64,000 nucleotides of DNA from a virus. Below are positions 1 through 10,079 of the stretch, one piece after another. Where the stretch lies: positions 2,069-66,068 of the IMG/VR virus record IMGVR_UViG_3300033121_002012; one strand, given 5' to 3'. Position numbers and translations under genes: made by a program. How positions within the stretch are numbered: position 1 is the stretch's first letter; every line of letters begins with the position of its first letter. A model generated the notes under the pieces. That model was not told the DNA's origin. It saw only the letters and a program-made list of their open reading frames with translations, and did no database searches.

Positions 1-1594
1 TTTCCGCTGGTGCGTCCAGCGCTGAGTAGCAGTAGAGCGCCGCCGGGCCGCAAGCCGGATCATGGCAGCCGCCCACCGGCGTCACCACCACGGCGCTGTC
101 ATCAAGAATGGGTACATGGGTCGGGTTGGTATAGCACGCCCCATCGTATTTAACGGTATGCGCATAAACCGCCGAGTACACGGTGTCGGGACTCGTTACC
201 GGGGTCGGCAACGGATTAGGCACCGGCGAAACGACCACGGCGGTTTCATCCACGGTAAAGTCGATCACCAGCCCCGTTTCACTGAACTGGTAGTCCGCAA
301 GATCAACGTCCAGTTCACCCACCTTCAACAACGTGCTGTCTTCGTTAACGTACTGCGTAGCCGTGATCGGCACGGCGTAGTCCGTGGAAAGCAAACCACC
401 CGCCCGCCAGATTTTGACGTTTACAACTGAGTCCTGAATAACCGCACCGTCCGTCAGGTAGATGCCCAGTTTGCCGCGCACCCGGTTGATCCGGTTCCCG
501 ATCACCGGTTTGGAGTTTTTGAAAGTCAGCAGCGACAGGCAGCAAGGACGGACGGTTTCAATGGCCGCCAGCGCCTTGGCCTCCAGTTCCGGCTGATTGG
601 GCGCTTCGTAGCGGGCGTAGAGGTTGCTGTCAGTGTAGTACAGACCGCTGTAACCGGGCACCGGGTGAGGCGCACCGCTGGTACTCAAGGTCATCAGCGG
701 CACCGAAGTCACCCCGTCGGTTGTATACGACACCGTGCTGCCGCTGTTACCCAGCCGGTTGAGGGTGGTGTAGACATCCGTATCAACCGACAACTGGGTA
801 AAGATCGCCGCCCAGCGCCGGGTGCGCCGCCCTTCCCCGCCCGGATAGTTGGAGTAGGCACAGCGCTCGTAACTGTAGACACCACCGGGCAGCACCCGGT
901 AACACTTGATGCGAACGCGGGTGTTGAAGCTGTTATAGGCGCTCCCGTTGACTCTAAAGAAATCCGCTGACAACCGAAGGCGTTGGTCGAAGGGAGCCGG
1001 AATCATCGTCGGCATGTAACCGTAATCGTAGCCAATGTTCTCTCCGGTCAGCCCGCCGCCAAGGCCGTTCAAACACCAGTTTCCTTTTTTGGTGCGCACC
1101 ACCACTTCGTCTTGCACGGTGGTCGTGGCCGGATCGAGGTCAAACATCCAGTGCGTCGTGCCCGGCAGCAGAATAATGTCCTCGGTGGCGCTGGCCAAAG
1201 GATAGGGCAAGCTGGTGGCTGTGCCTGCCGCCCCGGTGATGTTCTGAGTGAAGACGGCTCCCAGATAAACCGCTGTGCCTCCGTATTCAGGCACAGGCAA
1301 GGTGTGTCGAACGTTGATGGAACCGGTGATGAAAGCGGTGCTGTCGAAAGCCAGTTGATTACCGTCCCGACAATAAGCAGTGCCCCGCAGGCGATAGAGG
1401 CCACTCTGGGTGCCGACATAGTTCAACACCGCGCCTTCGCCGTTGAAAACCGCCGTGCCGTTGCGCAGCAGTGACCAGATGATGCGACTCGGCGCATTGC
1501 CCCGGCTATCCTGCGCCACGATTACGGCCTGCAAGTTTTCTCCTACGGAGAAAACGAGCTTGCTCCAGTTTACGCCTGCTTCTAGCTCAGCCAC
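1..1594 (-). CDS. Large putative virion/tail protein, truncated at window start (not in the ORF track)
   Basis: Manual translation from GTG at 1594 (MAELEAGVNWSKLVFSVGENLQ...) stays open to base 1; beta-rich, Cys-containing toward the C-terminus; preceded by the late motif GTAGTTA (1599-1605). Confidence 0.75.
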   Translation of the reverse strand, partial: MAELEAGVNWSKLVFSVGENLQAVIVAQDSRGNAPSRIIWSLLRNGTAVFNGEGAVLNYVGTQSGLYRLRGTAYCRDGNQLAFDSTAFITGSINVRHTLPVPEYGGTAVYLGAVFTQNITGAAGTATSLPYPLASATEDIILLPGTTHWMFDLDPATTTVQDEVVVRTKKGNWCLNGLGGGLTGENIGYDYGYMPTMIPAPFDQRLRLSADFFRVNGSAYNSFNTRVRIKCYRVLPGGVYSYERCAYSNYPGGEGRRTRRWAAIFTQLSVDTDVYTTLNRLGNSGSTVSYTTDGVTSVPLMTLSTSGAPHPVPGYSGLYYTDSNLYARYEAPNQPELEAKALAAIETVRPCCLSLLTFKNSKPVIGNRINRVRGKLGIYLTDGAVIQDSVVNVKIWRAGGLLSTDYAVPITATQYVNEDSTLLKVGELDVDLADYQFSETGLVIDFTVDETAVVVSPVPNPLPTPVTSPDTVYSAVYAHTVKYDGACYTNPTHVPILDDSAVVVTPVGGCHDPACGPAALYCYSALDAPAE

Positions 1595-1597
1595 GCC

Positions 1598-1804
1598 TTA
1601 ACTACTGACGAAACCTTCCCACCAGCGTCCGGTGCCCGGTTTTGGGTTGTAAGCCGCCGCCAACCAGACCGAACCCACCCAGCGCTGGCGGCAACCGCAC
1701 TCTGGGCATTCCCGGCGAATCAAGCCTCGCGGGGTCACTTGCGCCTTACCCCAAATGAACTGGCCCCCGCAGGGAGTACCATCAGGCTTGTTGTGCGTCG
1801 ACAC
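1598..1804 (-). CDS. Small Zn-ribbon-like hypothetical protein
   Basis: C-terminal part of ORF 1598..1900 from a GTG near 1804 (STHNKPDGTPCGG...RECPECGC); fills the gap between GroES and the next gene. Confidence 0.4.
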   Translation of the reverse strand: MSTHNKPDGTPCGGQFIWGKAQVTPRGLIRRECPECGCRQRWVGSVWLAAAYNPKPGTGRWWEGFVSS

Positions 1805-2432
1805 CTTCCGGGGCTTCCACCACGCCATCAATCCATGCCTGATGCGTGTAGCAAAATTCTTCATTCTCGGTGGTACCGTCAAGCTTCTGCCGGACGACAA
1901 ACAGTGGCGTTAACCGGCCAAAGTTTACAACCAGTTCGTCACCGACATTGAATTCCGCCGTGACGGTGGTGCCCTTCTTGGCGCAGCGAAAGTAAATGAA
2001 ATCCGGGGCCGATTGGCGCACCGCGCTATCCGGCAAAAACAAGGTGCTACCTGCCTCCTGCCGGATGAAATGCTTGAGCAGCACATACTCACCCAGCATC
2101 TCCATGTTATCCACGTTGATGTCGTCGCCGTTGATCCGGGCCAGCAGTTCACTTTGCAGCAGGTTCATGTAATGCTTGCCGTCCAGCACAAACTTCTGCG
2201 TGGCGAGCATCATGTCGTTGCTTTGAAACAGCACCAGATCGCCTTCCTTGACCAGCGCAGGCACCGGCTCATCCTTCCCTTTGACGCGGCCATCACCGAT
2301 GCAGCGCACCACCCCCATGCGGTGGGTATCCCGCTGCTGGGCGGCGTCAGGAATGATAATTTTGCGGGAGGCGTCCGCCTTGGGACGGTGGAATTCAACC
2401 AGACAGCGAGGGCCAAAGAGTTTTACGTTCAT
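1782..2432 (-). CDS. groES: Co-chaperonin with two tandem GroES/Cpn10-like domains
   Basis: N-half: KLFGPRCLVE...IIIPDAAQ...GVVRCIGDG...VKEGDLVLF...DGKHYMNLLQSELLA. Second half repeats the pattern (MLGEYVLLK...LFLPDSA...VGDELV). GGAGG upstream. Confidence 0.85.
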   Translation of the reverse strand: MNVKLFGPRCLVEFHRPKADASRKIIIPDAAQQRDTHRMGVVRCIGDGRVKGKDEPVPALVKEGDLVLFQSNDMMLATQKFVLDGKHYMNLLQSELLARINGDDINVDNMEMLGEYVLLKHFIRQEAGSTLFLPDSAVRQSAPDFIYFRCAKKGTTVTAEFNVGDELVVNFGRLTPLFVVRQKLDGTTENEEFCYTHQAWIDGVVEAPEGVDAQQA

Positions 2433-3514
2433 TACCTCCTAAGAACCGGCTTTATGGTTTTCGTGTTCAGATCAAATTCCCGGCTGGCCAGTCCCTTCTC
2501 CGTTTCCAACAGATGGGCATTGGCACTATTTGATGTATACAACTTTCGATTCTGGATCGCGACAATGGCCGCCTCCACGTCATCGTTGGGATCGAGCTTC
2601 TTGTTATCGGCCCGCAAAGGCATCTCGGCCACGGTCACCCTTACCTTGTTTCCCAGCAGACCGACGCTGCGCCACATCTCTCCGATGGCGTCACGATCAA
2701 ACAGCAAACAGAACTCCTTGACCCCTTTGCACCGCAGCAGCTTGATCGCCTGTACCTGACTCAAATGATGCTTGAAGATGCAGACCGGCACGATGTGCGT
2801 CCAGCCCAGTTCCCGCAACTTCCAACGCAGGGACAGGACGTTGAGAATGGATTCCACCAGCACCACCGTTTCCGGTGTACCGGTGCGTACCGCGTTGATG
2901 TTGTAAACCCAATAACCCGCACCCCACTTAACCCGGCTGCGATGCGGAAAACGTTTGGTGGATTCACCCGGAATATCTTCGTAGGTGCGCCCTTGGTAGT
3001 AAACGCACAGGTTGTATTCGTACACGGGAAAGATCGCGTAGCGTTCCCACAGCGGATCGTCCGGGCTGTAGCCCACGCCCGCTTCCACCATATCCTGATA
3101 CTCCAGATGTTTTCGTTTGGCCATCTGGGTGATGAGCTTCGTGTAGATGCTTTTGGGCGTGCGGGCAATCGGAATGAAACCCTTGGGCAGATCAACTTCC
3201 TGAAGCACCGGCACCGCCGACGCTGGAGCCTCTGGCTTGTAGAGCAGTTCACCAACCGGCACGCTGCTGTAATCATCTGCTGTAAGCTCGTAGCCCAATG
3301 CCCGTGCCCATGCGACGAAATTGCCTTTGTTATGCTTGCCCTTGCCGCAGCGCCAGCAAAAGGTCTTTCCGGTTTTAAGGTTGATTGCCCGGTTCCCGCT
3401 TCGATCCCCGCATTCCGGCTCCGGGCAGACGAACACCAGTTCATCATTGGTACACTTCTCCGCCACCACCTTGAAGATGTGTTCGATTTCTCGTCGCAAA
3501 AGCGGCCCGATCAT
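2432..3514 (-). CDS. DNA primase (Zn-binding domain + TOPRIM)
   Basis: CPEPEC...CWRC zinc finger, YYQGR, VLVESILN and LLFDRD TOPRIM motifs; start moved to ATG 3514, downstream of a GTTCT element. Confidence 0.85.
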   Translation of the reverse strand: MIGPLLRREIEHIFKVVAEKCTNDELVFVCPEPECGDRSGNRAINLKTGKTFCWRCGKGKHNKGNFVAWARALGYELTADDYSSVPVGELLYKPEAPASAVPVLQEVDLPKGFIPIARTPKSIYTKLITQMAKRKHLEYQDMVEAGVGYSPDDPLWERYAIFPVYEYNLCVYYQGRTYEDIPGESTKRFPHRSRVKWGAGYWVYNINAVRTGTPETVVLVESILNVLSLRWKLRELGWTHIVPVCIFKHHLSQVQAIKLLRCKGVKEFCLLFDRDAIGEMWRSVGLLGNKVRVTVAEMPLRADNKKLDPNDDVEAAIVAIQNRKLYTSNSANAHLLETEKGLASREFDLNTKTIKPVLRR

Positions 3515-3732
3515 TGTAGCTATAGAACTGTGAGCGATCTGAATACCTTCATCAACACCGCGCAGCAATTTACTGCCCCGCCGGACGCGATCCCGGTGAC
3601 TGACCACAGCCAGCAAATGAGCGTCGCAATGGAACTGGCCAGCCGGGCAGCCAACCGGCCCCCGGAACCGCCCGCGCCGCCCCCGATGGTGCCGATCATC
3701 GCGGTGGCCAACTGAATGCAGTTCTTGGTTGC

Positions 3733-4311
3733 GTGCTGAGCAAGTTCGACTGGGTTACCCTGCCGCCGGTTACCGCCATCATGGTGTTTGACCGTCCGCA
3801 GCAGTTTACTGCCGCCCGTGCCAGTGTGGAAAACTTCTTCGCCCAGAACTGGCCCTACAAAGAGTTGATTGTATACAACACCACGCAGCACTCCCTCTTT
3901 CCGGTCTGGCGTGAATGGCTGGCCAACTTTCCCCTGTGTTCCGCCCGGCGCAGTTTGGAACTCCGGCTCCGCCCACTGCCCCTGCCGGACATCCTGAAAC
4001 TTTGCGTCGCCAACAGCAATGGCGAGTGGTGCCTGATCTGGTCGCCAGACTGCTGGTACCATCCCGACTACATCAAATTCCACATGGAACACCGGGACAA
4101 GCAGCGCCTCGTCACCCTGCGGCGCAAGCAGGTGTTCGCGCTGACCGACCGCACACTGGCCACGGTGCTCGATGATACGATTCCCTGCTGGAGCTTTTAC
4201 CGGCATGTCCCGGTCAATTTCGCGGAACCGCTGCCCCATCAGTTCACCGGGGTCGTCACCTTGGACAACCCGGCTGGCCTCCTAATCAAATTTGCCCGTG
4301 AACTCGTTTGA
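3733..4311 (+). CDS. Glycosyltransferase family 2-like (degenerate DxD)
   Basis: PPVTAIM...VENFFAQNWPYKELIVYN...NGEWCLIWSPDCWYHPDYI fits a GT-A fold; SPD replaces DDD. Confidence 0.65.
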   Translation: MLSKFDWVTLPPVTAIMVFDRPQQFTAARASVENFFAQNWPYKELIVYNTTQHSLFPVWREWLANFPLCSARRSLELRLRPLPLPDILKLCVANSNGEWCLIWSPDCWYHPDYIKFHMEHRDKQRLVTLRRKQVFALTDRTLATVLDDTIPCWSFYRHVPVNFAEPLPHQFTGVVTLDNPAGLLIKFARELV

Positions 4312-5956
4312 TCTTTTAACCCACCGCCTGCGTCCCGAACACTTTGATCCTTTTTCAAAGACGGACGCGCTGTTGGTACCCCACCAGCGTCAGGGAGTCT
4401 TCTTTCACAGCGGCGACTTCGGCGACATCATCTACGCGTTGCCAACCATCCGGGCCTTGGGTGGCGGCCATCTTGTGATCGGCCCCAGTCCCCTCTGGAA
4501 AACCCGTCTTCAGATGACCGCAGAGCACGTGGAACTGCTGCGCTCCCTCTTGGAACTCCAACCCTACATCCAGAGCGTAAGATTTTCCGAGACTACGCCA
4601 GATAACGTGGACTTCGATCTGAACCGTTTTCGCGAGTATCTGGTCATGGAACCGGAACTGATGAAAAACGGCCAACGCCGGTTCAATCTGGCCGAAGCCC
4701 ACCTGTATACATTCAAGATGCCCCTTGCCGAGTGCCGGTCTTCTTGGTTGACCGTCGACCGGGTGGAAACCATCGCCGGGCGGCCCGTGTTAATTCACCG
4801 GAGCGCCCGCTGGCGAAATGCTGCCTTTCCGTGGGACAAGATCATGGAGCGCTATGCCGCGTACGCTGTCTTTGTTGGTCTGGAGAGTGAGTACGAAGAC
4901 TTCATCTCTGAATGGGGTCGCCTGCCCTTTCGACCTACCAGCACCTTCCTCGGGCTGGCCCGCCTGATCGCCGGATGTGATCTTTATATCGGCAACCAAT
5001 CGCTGCCCTACGCCCTGTGCGAAGGGCTGAAACAGCGCAGCATTCTCGAAGTCTGGACGGAAGGAGCCAACTGCCAGTTCGAGCGCAAAAACGCGTTCTA
5101 TGGAGATGGCCGACTATTGTTCGTGCCAAAACTGGACGATTTGAATATGAACGAACACGCTGTGTCGTGTCCCTTGTGCGGACAGGCGGCACCCAACACC
5201 GAAGCCACGGTCACTTGCGAATGCGGCATGGTCTACGCCCGCGTGCGCGGCAACAACCACCAGTACTACCAGCATTACGCGGATGACCATTCACACATGC
5301 GTTTGCCCAAGACCGTGGATGAAATCAGAACCAGTGGCCTGCGCCGGGAAGCCTTGGTGCAGGAGTTGAGCATCCGCATTCCGCCGGGAACCTTGCTGGA
5401 TGTCGGCTGCGGCTGGGGTGCCTTTCTGGCCTGTGCGCGAGAGCGCGGCTTCACTGTTTATGGCGTCGACATCTGCCACAAAGCGGCCAACTTTTCCGCC
5501 AGCGTCCTCGGCATTCCAACGCTGTGCGATGAACTGGTTGATTGCGCTTTCGCGCCGGACACCTTCAATGCCATCGGTTTCAATCACACACTGGAACGGC
5601 TACCGGACGCGGAAGCCGCTTTATGTTTTGCGCACCGGATCATGAAACCCGGCGGCCTGCTGTTCGGGCTGACGCCCAACATTCGTTCCTTCGCCGCAAA
5701 GCAAATGGGAGCCGACTGGCCTTGGCTCGACAGCGAGCACAATTATCTGCACTTCGCACCCGACACGTTGACCAAACTGCTGGAAAAGTGTGGTTTCAAC
5801 ACCATCGAATACTTCAGCCGCGTCGGTGACTTTGATCTCAATGCTCTGCGGGCCTTGATCGTCAAGAGCACTCCCGCTGAAGACGTGGAAGTCACATTGA
5901 ACGACCTCAATGTCCGTGGTTACGGAGAAGAACTGCTGTTCTTCGCCCGCAAATGA
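4292..5956 (+). CDS. GT9 (heptosyltransferase-like) domain fused to class I SAM methyltransferase
   Basis: HSGDFGDIIYALP and LIAGCDLYIGNQSLPYA (GT-B/GT9); CPLCG...CECG; LLDVGCGWGAFL...HTLERLPD...KPGG (Methyltransf_23-like). Confidence 0.8.
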   Translation: MPVNSFDLLTHRLRPEHFDPFSKTDALLVPHQRQGVFFHSGDFGDIIYALPTIRALGGGHLVIGPSPLWKTRLQMTAEHVELLRSLLELQPYIQSVRFSETTPDNVDFDLNRFREYLVMEPELMKNGQRRFNLAEAHLYTFKMPLAECRSSWLTVDRVETIAGRPVLIHRSARWRNAAFPWDKIMERYAAYAVFVGLESEYEDFISEWGRLPFRPTSTFLGLARLIAGCDLYIGNQSLPYALCEGLKQRSILEVWTEGANCQFERKNAFYGDGRLLFVPKLDDLNMNEHAVSCPLCGQAAPNTEATVTCECGMVYARVRGNNHQYYQHYADDHSHMRLPKTVDEIRTSGLRREALVQELSIRIPPGTLLDVGCGWGAFLACARERGFTVYGVDICHKAANFSASVLGIPTLCDELVDCAFAPDTFNAIGFNHTLERLPDAEAALCFAHRIMKPGGLLFGLTPNIRSFAAKQMGADWPWLDSEHNYLHFAPDTLTKLLEKCGFNTIEYFSRVGDFDLNALRALIVKSTPAEDVEVTLNDLNVRGYGEELLFFARK

Positions 5957-6591
5957 GTAACATCCTCATCATCGTCAGCACGTTCAATCGCCGCGATCTC
6001 ACCGGGATTACACTGGACGCCATCAAGCACAATCGGTCGGCCTATTCTGACGTGGTGGTGCTGGACGATGCCAGCACCGAGTATGATGCCGCGTGGTTGG
6101 CCCGCTGGGGCTTCACCGTACGCACCCGGACTACCTCGCTCGGTGTAGGCGGCGCGGCCCGAATGCGCTACCTGAACTTTCTGGCGTCCCCGGCTCACTA
6201 TCGCTACTGCTGCATGTTGGACAACGACCTGTTGCTTTGTCCGCGCTTCGATCTCCGCCTGTTGGAACTCTGGAACCGTACACAGGGACAGCATACCCCG
6301 TTGACCGTGGTTACCGGTTATCGCTCCGTCACTCAACGGGTAAAACGCGCCCACTCCGACTGGCTGGAGATGGACACGGTAGGCGGTGCCTGCCACTTCG
6401 TTGACCGGCACACGGCACTGCGAGCCGTCATGGCCATGCCGTCGGAACCGTGGGAACACGCATGGGATTTTCGGATTTCACGTGTGTACCAGCAAGTTAT
6501 TGCGCCGGTACGCTCCTTCATCCAGCATCTCGGAATTCACGGCAGCGGTGTCAACGGTATTTCCAGTGACGTAGCTTTTGATTATGACTAA
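5953..6591 (+). CDS. Glycosyltransferase family 2
   Basis: IIVSTFNR, VVVLDDAS, MLDND, IQHLG motifs. Confidence 0.8.
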   Translation: MSNILIIVSTFNRRDLTGITLDAIKHNRSAYSDVVVLDDASTEYDAAWLARWGFTVRTRTTSLGVGGAARMRYLNFLASPAHYRYCCMLDNDLLLCPRFDLRLLELWNRTQGQHTPLTVVTGYRSVTQRVKRAHSDWLEMDTVGGACHFVDRHTALRAVMAMPSEPWEHAWDFRISRVYQQVIAPVRSFIQHLGIHGSGVNGISSDVAFDYD

Positions 6592-7324
6592 AACCCTCAC
6601 ACTTATCACCATGTCGCAGGGCAATACACAGGCATTGCGACGCACCTTTGAAAGCTACGCTCCCCATTGTCAGCAGATTGTATACGGCGACGTGTTACTG
6701 TTTGAAGATGATCGCGAAGCGGTGCGGGCCATGCAGAAAGACTTCCCGCTGGAAATCGTGGCTTTCCCTTTCAACTTCATCTTCCTGCATGGTTTCAGCG
6801 CCATCCTGAACGCACTGGCGTACCACGCCAAAACCGACTACGTGACCTACGCCAATTGCAGTGAAATCATCGACCCTAATTTTCCCATTCAACTGAACCT
6901 GCTGGATGATGACGCATTCAACTGCTTCTTTTTCCGGCACGCGGTGGAACAGCATCGCTGGGTGCGCACCTACAACCCACGGGAACTGCGCTGGAGCGGC
7001 ATGATCCATGAGGAAGTCGACGGCGAACGCCGCATGTGCCCATCGGAGATTTTCTACATGGCTGACACGGAAAAGGACACCGCTGACCCTTTCAAGGCCC
7101 GTGTCTGCGATGACGTGAAAGAAATGGTCTACTTCGAGCAGCTTGACCGCCTACGCAGACACCCGGAAATGCTGGGGCGCACCAGTCAAGGCTGGCTGGA
7201 CTACACCAACGCGCAGGGCCTTTACTACGAAAGTAAACAGCGGGAACGGGGCCGCCGGTTTGACGCCTTTCTCAACAGTGATCTGGCCCTGTATCTGGCT
7301 CAGGCATCCCTTGATTTCAAATGA
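6584..7324 (+). CDS. Glycosyltransferase family 2-like
   Basis: GT-A-like N-terminus, FSAILNAL...AKTDY, and RWSGMIHEEV (vHE motif of WaaE-like GT2s). Confidence 0.6.
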   Translation: MTKTLTLITMSQGNTQALRRTFESYAPHCQQIVYGDVLLFEDDREAVRAMQKDFPLEIVAFPFNFIFLHGFSAILNALAYHAKTDYVTYANCSEIIDPNFPIQLNLLDDDAFNCFFFRHAVEQHRWVRTYNPRELRWSGMIHEEVDGERRMCPSEIFYMADTEKDTADPFKARVCDDVKEMVYFEQLDRLRRHPEMLGRTSQGWLDYTNAQGLYYESKQRERGRRFDAFLNSDLALYLAQASLDFK

Positions 7325-8334
7325 ACGTCTACACTGTCATTATCCCCCACTATCGCAACGGGCGCATGACCGCCTATTGCCTTTCCCAGTTGCTCAAGCA
7401 CGACGGCTGGCGCATGAACATCATTGTTGTAAACAACAGCCCAGAGAATGATCCCAGCCTGCGCTATCTGGAACCCTTTCGTTCCCGCGTCACCTTTTTG
7501 CAATATCCCACCTACTGGATACAATCCCACGGCGCAGCTTTTGATTTTGCGCTGCCCCACGTCACGACGACCTACTTCATCACCTTGGAGTCCGATAGCT
7601 TCCCCACCGAATCCGGCTGGTTAAACTATTACGACAAGCTGGTCGCGGAAGGTTTCCACGCTGCCGGTTCCGTACTGAGCCTGTCAGGCGGCACCTATTT
7701 GCACCCCGCTGGCGCACTGTATCGCCGCGATGTCTGCGAAAAGGCCAGTGCCGTCTGCCGGTACCATCCCTACGCCTACGTGCCCAACATCTCACAACGG
7801 GACGGCTTTGATTACCACCTGATGGTTCATTACCGGATTTTGGACGCTTTCTGCCGCTGTCCTGATGCTTTTCACGTAACGGTTGCGCCCCGCTACACCG
7901 ACGAAGCCAGTATCCGCCGGGCCATCGTGAACTACCGCCCTTTAACCGGCCTGTTTCACAACGGCTGCGGTAACAAGGATGACAGCCTGTTCACCTATTC
8001 TCAACGGAACTTTGAGAGCGAACCGCCTAACCTCGTGCTCACGGAAAAGGCCGACCTCATTCATCGCGTCGGCTATGAACCGGGTCAGTTTCTCGCCTAC
8101 TGGCTGCACGCCCAAGGCCGACCTGTTTTCTACGTGACCACGGAAACCAAATGGCTGCCTAACCGGGAAAATCAGCAGCAGGAATTTACCCTCACCGAGT
8201 TCGGACTGAAGCATCTCTGGGGTATGACCGCGTACGATGGTTGCGCGGCCCCGGAGCACCGGGATATTGTGGAATTCAAACGCCAGCAGCTTGACGAGCT
8301 TTATGGCTCACTCCCTGCCGGAGACAGAAGATAG
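7321..8334 (+). CDS. Glycosyltransferase family 2
   Basis: TVIIPHY, IIVVNNS, SHGAAFD, FITLESDSFP. Confidence 0.7.
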   Translation: MNVYTVIIPHYRNGRMTAYCLSQLLKHDGWRMNIIVVNNSPENDPSLRYLEPFRSRVTFLQYPTYWIQSHGAAFDFALPHVTTTYFITLESDSFPTESGWLNYYDKLVAEGFHAAGSVLSLSGGTYLHPAGALYRRDVCEKASAVCRYHPYAYVPNISQRDGFDYHLMVHYRILDAFCRCPDAFHVTVAPRYTDEASIRRAIVNYRPLTGLFHNGCGNKDDSLFTYSQRNFESEPPNLVLTEKADLIHRVGYEPGQFLAYWLHAQGRPVFYVTTETKWLPNRENQQQEFTLTEFGLKHLWGMTAYDGCAAPEHRDIVEFKRQQLDELYGSLPAGDRR

Positions 8335-8921
8335 TTTTGGTAAATCCGCACGTTTCTGTTTACAACCGCGTAGAGGGCGAGATTTTTTCGCGCCATGAGA
8401 TCGTCCAACGCCGCGAAGCTGAAAATAATTGCGTGGCCCAGCAGTGGATCGACGTAACCATCCTCCACGGTGACAAAATCAGCAAACGATGTCTCAATGT
8501 ATACAAACCCTCCCGTCTTCAGCGCGGTGCGAACCTGATCCAATTCCTGAAAGGGCTGATGCAGATGCTCCACCACTTCCACCATGCTCACGCAGTCAAA
8601 ATGTTCTGCGGGCATACAGTGGTACCCAAAGGCGTAGCGGTCGTAACCCTGTGCCTGCATTCCAGCGGCGAGCGCTGCCTCCACCAGCAAACCACGGCCA
8701 CAACCGAAATCCAGCAGGGAACGGCAGCCAAGGGATTGAATCACCTGTAAGCGCACCGGATTCTGGTCGTTGCGATCCAGCAGCCCGCTGCCGCCTACCA
8801 TGTTGGCTTGCGCCAGCGGAGCCGTGTAGATGGTTCGGCAGCGAGCGCACACATGATAGGGCACACCAGCCTTGAACTTGACGGGATCGTTACTGGTGCT
8901 GCACAGCGGACAGTTCATCAC
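8301..8921 (-). CDS. Class I SAM-dependent methyltransferase
   Basis: CPLC...CARC N-terminus; LLDFGCGRG; FDCVSMVEVVEHL...LKTGG. Confidence 0.85.
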   Translation of the reverse strand: MMNCPLCSTSNDPVKFKAGVPYHVCARCRTIYTAPLAQANMVGGSGLLDRNDQNPVRLQVIQSLGCRSLLDFGCGRGLLVEAALAAGMQAQGYDRYAFGYHCMPAEHFDCVSMVEVVEHLHQPFQELDQVRTALKTGGFVYIETSFADFVTVEDGYVDPLLGHAIIFSFAALDDLMARKNLALYAVVNRNVRIYQNYLLSPAGSEP

Positions 8922-8936
8922 GCTGTAAGAACCGGA

Positions 8937-10079
8937 TTAAACCCGGAGCAATTGCAGTCCTGAAATGGAACCGACCACGCGTAATGTGATGTAGCCGCCC
9001 GCTGGCACCGTCAGTGTGTATTTGACGTAGTTCTGCCCCTCGACGTAGGTGGTGGCCACGGTCGGGTTGTTGGACAGCACGGTTGGCGCAGCCAAATTGA
9101 CCGAGACGTAGAAATCCGTGGGGTCGTTGTTGGCGTAGAGATAAAGTTCGTAGTCACTGGCGACCAGATTGTGCAGCCGGAACGTGTTTTCGTACGGCAC
9201 CGGCCCCACATAACCCCCGATCCATGTTTGCAGCAGCGTGCTCCAGCTTGCCCCGGAACTGGCCGCCGAAAACAGGGGCGCAATCCGCTCCAACACCACC
9301 GGACTCCGCGTGTTGTCGTAACCGTTCAAGGGCAGCACCGGGTCTTCGGAAAAATAGTAAAAACCGCTCGCGTAACAGGCTGACGTGGCGGTCGCCGTGT
9401 AGTCCACCGGTGTATACACGTTCCAGTAATCGCTGGGCGTATAGCCTGCGGCAGCGCCGCCAACCACGCTGCCGCTGCCGTTGAACGAGATGTTTACCAG
9501 CAATGGCGCAGGAGTTGTCAGCTTGAAATAATTCAATCCGCTGTTCCACAGAGCCACGACTCCGGCGCTCAGGTCACGCACCAGTCGATCTGGCGCAAAG
9601 CGAATCTTGCCGCCCTGTCCGATGACCGTAACCCCGTTTTGCGCCACCCAGTAGCGCCCGAGCAGGGCGGGATTAAGCGTCTTGCGGCTGACCTCGATGT
9701 TGAAGAACATCTGCGCGGTCAGGAGATCACCCAGCTTAGCGCCCCGTTGCACGGTCTGGCCGACCTGTACACTGACCACGCTGAGGCCGCCAACTGTTGT
9801 AGTCACACCCCAGCCGTGGTCAATGACCACATGCGCCACGGCTGTCCGGGCAAGCTGAGAGTCACTATTGCGCCACGCTGGCGTAGTCCGGTATATCTGG
9901 GCTACCGCACCGGTGCCTGCGGCAACCGCTGCTGTTTCCCCGGCTTCCATTTCCACTGTGAGGCCAGAAACAGGATAGCTCACCGAGGCGGGTGAGTAAG
10001 GAAACAACACGTTAGCTGACCGGGCAAACGGCGGTTTCAGTTTGGACAAAACAGCGAGCGTGTCAGTGGATAGATTCAT
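8937..10079 (-). CDS. Putative virion protein with degenerate M23/LytM domain and beta-rich C-terminal domain
   Basis: VVIDHGWGVTTTVGGLSVVSVQVGQTVQRGAKLG...MFFNIEV...LNP matches the LytM scaffold without the Zn ligands; coupled to the tube-like gene upstream. Confidence 0.6.
   Translation of the reverse strand: MNLSTDTLAVLSKLKPPFARSANVLFPYSPASVSYPVSGLTVEMEAGETAAVAAGTGAVAQIYRTTPAWRNSDSQLARTAVAHVVIDHGWGVTTTVGGLSVVSVQVGQTVQRGAKLGDLLTAQMFFNIEVSRKTLNPALLGRYWVAQNGVTVIGQGGKIRFAPDRLVRDLSAGVVALWNSGLNYFKLTTPAPLLVNISFNGSGSVVGGAAAGYTPSDYWNVYTPVDYTATATSACYASGFYYFSEDPVLPLNGYDNTRSPVVLERIAPLFSAASSGASWSTLLQTWIGGYVGPVPYENTFRLHNLVASDYELYLYANNDPTDFYVSVNLAAPTVLSNNPTVATTYVEGQNYVKYTLTVPAGGYITLRVVGSISGLQLLRV

Noticed and set aside
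3520-3700. Small hydrophobic minus-strand ORF (MIGTIGGGAGG...)
   Set aside because: No clear start element or recognisable family; cannot distinguish from non-coding DNA.
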